DNA of 64,000 bases from an uncultured Bacteroidales bacterium (GTDB lineage: Bacteria; Bacteroidota; Bacteroidia; Bacteroidales; VadinHA17): the NCBI GenBank assembly GCA_963840965.1, contig CAWJAW010000002.1, positions 205,645 through 269,644 on the forward strand, written 5' to 3'. The notes below the pieces were generated by a model. The model made no database searches. It was given only the letters and a program-made list of their open reading frames with translations, and was not told the origin of the DNA. Below are positions 60,702 through 64,000 of this stretch, one piece after another (within the stretch, counting starts at the first letter, position 1; the number at the start of each line of letters is the position of its first letter). Both the position numbers and the translations under genes were made by a program.

Positions 60702-61594
60702 ATCTTTTCTGCAATCCTGAGCCTTGCGCTTCTGGCCCTCTTGTTGTCCTCAATCTCCAACTCATCCGGCACCGTGCCCTTCTTGTTAATTATCCTGAAA
60801 GGCGTAATCAGATTCCCGTAAAAATCCTTATTCTCCTCTCCCTCAAAATTTCCCGTCCTCATGAAGTTTTTAACTATCCTGTCCTCAAGGGAATGGTAGG
60901 TGATCACCACCAGGCGGCCATCCTTTTTAAGAACAGAAAGCGCCTGTTCAAGCATCTCCCTGAGGCATTCCATCTCGTGGTTCACGGCAATCCGCAAAGC
61001 CTGAAACACCCTTGCATAAAACTTATGCTCCTGCTTAAAAGGAGCCAGCTTCCCGATTGCACCGATCATATCGTTTACTGTTGCCAGCGGTTTCACCGCC
61101 CGTGCAGCGACAATCTCCCTCGCAATGCGCCTGGAGTTGATAAGCTCGCCGTAATCGTAAAATATCTTTGCCAGTTCCGTTTCACTCAGATTCTTCAAAA
61201 GAGCTGCCGCTGTCACTGAACCTTTCTTGTTCATCCTCATATCAAGGGAAACATCCTGGCGGAACGTAAAACCCCTTTCAGGCTCATCAAACTGATGAAA
61301 TGAAACGCCCAGATCGGCAATGAGTCCGTCGATGTGTTCTATTCCATTGAATTTCAGGTTGTTTTGAAGAAACATGAAATTCTGATTTAGGAAAATGAGC
61401 CTTTTATCATCGGGAACATTGCGCTTTGCGTCCTCATCCTGGTCAAAAGCGATTAGTTTTCCTTTGCCCAGACGCTGGAGTATCTCCAGTGAATGACCTC
61501 CTCCCCCAAAGGTGACATCGACATATATACCTCCGGGTCGGATGTTCAGTCCCCTGATACTCTCCTCAAGCAATGCAGGTACATGGTAAAACAT
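60698..61594 (-). CDS. rsmH: 16S rRNA m4C1402 methyltransferase (MraW)
   Basis: YHVP, DVTFGGGGHS, DLGVS, RGF.F, LDMRM, FQALRI.VN, YHSLEDR, RARSARLR. Confidence 0.97.
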   Translation of the reverse strand: MFYHVPALLEESIRGLNIRPGGIYVDVTFGGGGHSLEILQRLGKGKLIAFDQDEDAKRNVPDDKRLIFLNQNFMFLQNNLKFNGIEHIDGLIADLGVSFHQFDEPERGFTFRQDVSLDMRMNKKGSVTAAALLKNLSETELAKIFYDYGELINSRRIAREIVAARAVKPLATVNDMIGAIGKLAPFKQEHKFYARVFQALRIAVNHEMECLREMLEQALSVLKKDGRLVVITYHSLEDRIVKNFMRTGNFEGEENKDFYGNLITPFRIINKKGTVPDELEIEDNKRARSARLRIAEKI

Positions 61595-62061
61595 TAGTCC
61601 AAGGGCTCATTAGTACTTCCACCCAAAAGCTTTTCAGCCAGGTCGGCGAAATCTTCGGATGGCATTCCAATTGTTTCATAAACCGATGCCGGCCAAATCT
61701 CAATCCTTCCGTCCTGTCCGGCCAGAACAACATCCCTGTCGGCGCCGATCAGATCCATCAGTCTTCTGGGGATGAGCATCCTGTTGTTGTTGTCGAGAAC
61801 AAGCTCGGCAGTCCCCTTGAAAAAGTTCCGCAGGAACATGTTGTGCTCACGGTTGTAGGGATTGATCTTCTTCCTGATCTTTTCGAGCTGCCTGTTCCAG
61901 TCGTCAATGGCATAGAGTACCAGGCAGTTCTCAAAAATGTCCTTCCTGACCACAAAGTGATCCTGTGCAGAGGCGGGCATCTGCTTCTTGAATGCTGCCG
62001 GAAGGATTATCCTTCCTTTGGCATCCACTTTGCACGGGTAATCACCAATAAAAGTGGCCAT
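61594..62061 (-). CDS. mraZ: Division/cell wall cluster transcriptional repressor MraZ
   Basis: F.G.Y..KVDAKGR..LP and LD...R.LIP (two SpoVT-AbrB repeats), IEIW; heads the dcw cluster. Confidence 0.96.
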   Translation of the reverse strand: MATFIGDYPCKVDAKGRIILPAAFKKQMPASAQDHFVVRKDIFENCLVLYAIDDWNRQLEKIRKKINPYNREHNMFLRNFFKGTAELVLDNNNRMLIPRRLMDLIGADRDVVLAGQDGRIEIWPASVYETIGMPSEDFADLAEKLLGGSTNEPLD

Positions 62062-62104
62062 TATTCAATTCTCTCAATTAAAACGCTAAAATATGTAAAA
62101 ATTA

Positions 62105-62130
62105 TCCACTTTCCTCCACTTTACTCCACT
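62105..62130 (-). promoter_or_regulatory. MraZ operator (three AGTGGA repeats, 10-bp period)
   Basis: TCCACT at 62105, 62115 and 62125; matches the known GTGG-N6 MraZ repeat architecture. Confidence 0.85.
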
Positions 62131-62363
62131 ATTTTTTATGAGATTGTTAATAACTTTCTCCGGATGCAGTAATGAAACGCTCATTTAATGGTTGTCTCAT
62201 CACCTGAAAAATTTTCAAGAGAGGTTTTTTGACTGAATTAGCCGCCGGTTGCACCGGCGGTTATTCACATTAAACCGCTGCCGTGGCTTTTTCGTTAAAC
62301 CGTTGTCGCGGTAAGCTGAGCAGGGATCATTTCAGGTAACCGGATTCAGTCGAATCTTTTTTA

Positions 62364-62371
62364 TACTTTTG
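62364..62371 (+). promoter_or_regulatory. -7 promoter element for glsA
   Basis: TACTTTTG, 26 bp upstream of the ATG. Confidence 0.6.
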
Positions 62372-62397
62372 TTTAATAGATTCATGAACTTTACGGA

Positions 62398-63240
62398 ATG
62401 GAAGACAGTCAAACAGCGGATGACATCCTTCAGGTCGATGTGGAGCAGATCCTTAATTCAAAGAATCCGTCGCTGAAGAAGGTGATCCCGGGTTTTCTGC
62501 TCAGGTACCTGAAGAAGATCGTTCACCAGGATGAGCTGAATGAATTCCTGCGGAAGGCCGGTAATCTGAAGGACGCTGAATTCATCGCTGCAGGACTGAA
62601 AGAATTCGACATAAGCTACAGGGTTACAGGAAGTGAAAACATTCCTGAAAAAGGCAGGTATATTTTCGTTTCAAACCACCCGCTGGGGGGGCTCGACGGA
62701 CTGGTCTTCATCCACGAACTTTCGAAGTATTATCCGGAAATCAAATTCCCTGTAAATGATATTCTGATGAACATCAGGAATCTGTCGGGGATTTTTCTTC
62801 CGGTCAACAAGCACGGCGCCCAGGACAGGGAGGCAGCACGGGCAATCGAAAATGCATATGCATCCGACAGCCAGATCCTTTATTACCCTGCAGGATTATG
62901 TTCACGAAAAAAGAAAGGAGTCATCTGCGACCTCAGGTGGCATAAAAGTTTTATAGCCAAAGCCGTACAATATAAAAGAGATATTGTTCCGGCCTATTTC
63001 TCAGGCCGCAATTCCAATTTCTTCTACAACCTTTCCAATATCAGAACCTCTCTTGGAATCAAGGCCAACATCGAAATGCTTTATCTTGTCGACGAACTGT
63101 TCAGACAAAAGGGAAAGGCAATCGACCTGGTGTTCGGTGAACCTGTTCCTTGGCAGACCTTCGACAGGACTAAGACCGCTTCAGAATGGGCTGAATGGGT
63201 GAAAGAAAAATCATATCAGCTTCAATCCTTTATCTCCTGA
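62398..63240 (+). CDS. glsA: PlsC-like acyltransferase; probable glycine-lipid O-acyltransferase
   Basis: NHPLGGLDG (HX4D), PAGLCSR, W.KSF, GRNS.FFY; divergent from mraZ and followed by a GNAT gene, as at the Bacteroides glsAB locus. Confidence 0.8.
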   Translation: MEDSQTADDILQVDVEQILNSKNPSLKKVIPGFLLRYLKKIVHQDELNEFLRKAGNLKDAEFIAAGLKEFDISYRVTGSENIPEKGRYIFVSNHPLGGLDGLVFIHELSKYYPEIKFPVNDILMNIRNLSGIFLPVNKHGAQDREAARAIENAYASDSQILYYPAGLCSRKKKGVICDLRWHKSFIAKAVQYKRDIVPAYFSGRNSNFFYNLSNIRTSLGIKANIEMLYLVDELFRQKGKAIDLVFGEPVPWQTFDRTKTASEWAEWVKEKSYQLQSFIS

Positions 63241-63416
63241 TAATCAAAGTATCAAAAAAAAATTTATTTTTGATTGGTTTTTTCATCAGTATATAATTTT
63301 TAAATTAATGGTCTGATGGAACCCACATGGTTGAAAATTATATATATCCATGTTTGTGTATTTGATACATGTGGGGTTCAGCATTACCTGAGAAACATCA
63401 TAACAACAAGGACAAA

Positions 63417-64000
63417 ATGAAACCAGTAGCTGAACCCCTTACGAGGGATCAGATTATTGCGGAACTCACACCCGATAAGCTGCTCCGGCGTACCAACAAC
63501 GGAAATAATGAGGTGTATCTTTTTGATCACAGGAACTCACCGGCGCTTATGCATGAGATAGGAAGGGTGAGGGAGATCACATTCAGGCATGCGGGCGGCG
63601 GAACAGGAAAGGACATCGACCTGGATGAATTTGACACCGACCCTGAGGATCCGCAGAAACAGCTGATCGTGTGGGACCCCGATAACAAGGAGATGATAGG
63701 AGGATACCGGCTCTATTTTCCTCCGAAGGAATGCACAACATGCGACGTATCAAAACTTGCATCTTCAGCCTATTTTAACTTCTCGGATAAATTCCTGAAA
63801 AAATACTATCCTCACATGATGGAACTGGGCCGTTCCTTCGTACATCCTGATTACCAGTCAAGAGCCATGGGAAGGAAAAGCCTGTTTGCCCTTGATAACC
63901 TGTGGGACGGACTTGGAGCTATCATACTCGATAATCACCACCTGAAGTATCTTTTCGGCAAGGTAACCATGTACCCCCATTATAACCAGAAAGCCAGGGA
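63417..64000 (+). CDS. glsB: GNAT (OlsB-like) N-acyltransferase; probable glycine-lipid synthase, partial (runs off the window)
   Basis: Absent from the ORF track because there is no stop. Hand translation is open to the end: MKPVAEP...EIGRVREITFRHAGGGTGKDIDLDEFD...GGYR...ELGRSFV...ALDNLWDGLG...FGKVTMYP. Confidence 0.85.
   Translation, partial: MKPVAEPLTRDQIIAELTPDKLLRRTNNGNNEVYLFDHRNSPALMHEIGRVREITFRHAGGGTGKDIDLDEFDTDPEDPQKQLIVWDPDNKEMIGGYRLYFPPKECTTCDVSKLASSAYFNFSDKFLKKYYPHMMELGRSFVHPDYQSRAMGRKSLFALDNLWDGLGAIILDNHHLKYLFGKVTMYPHYNQKAR

Noticed and set aside
46726-62061. Absence of murF, murB and ddl from the dcw cluster; extra loop in MraY
   Set aside because: Typical of Bacteroidota dcw clusters and MraY proteins; not novel.
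46681-62172. Long antisense ORFs over dcw genes (46681-47301, 50523-51092, 54674-55453, 59461-60024, 61573-62172) and similar ones elsewhere
   Set aside because: Shadow frames of well-conserved genes, with no recognisable domains.

Overview
A 64-kb, mostly housekeeping stretch of a Bacteroidota (probably Bacteroidales) chromosome. The assignment rests on TAnnTTTG -7 promoter boxes in most intergenic gaps, A-rich non-Shine-Dalgarno start regions, T9SS PorP/type-B CTD genes, fused secDF, and a dcw cluster lacking murF/murB/ddl next to glsAB. In order: secDF; an exact tandem duplication of a highly structured 396-bp non-coding unit sitting in an intrinsic terminator (3116-3949); a TolC/MacB-permease/MFP efflux operon with no ATPase; glmM; pseudouridine synthase-era-der-lipoprotein; a five-gene operon joining a T9SS type-B surface protein, PorP/SprF, a PD40-PKD protein, an unknown secreted protein and a beta-propeller/PP2C phosphatase sensor; an orphan histidine kinase; rlmH; DUF4783-nadC-pseudopeptidase lipoprotein; valS; aminotransferase-LytTR regulator; a divergent barrel/DUF4270 vs Kelch/DUF4907 module with 21-bp-phased LytTR-type boxes; namZ, lolC/E-like, nitroreductase, MltF-like, porin; the dcw cluster (murC has a +1 frameshift); and glsA-glsB (glsB truncated by the window end). 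I saw no rRNA, tRNA, CRISPR array, integrase or transposase. Best candidates for undescribed biology: the 396-bp branched palindromic element, the T9SS adhesin-PP2C operon, and the LytTR-controlled Kelch/DUF4270/barrel module. All family calls come from motif recognition by eye, not database searches.
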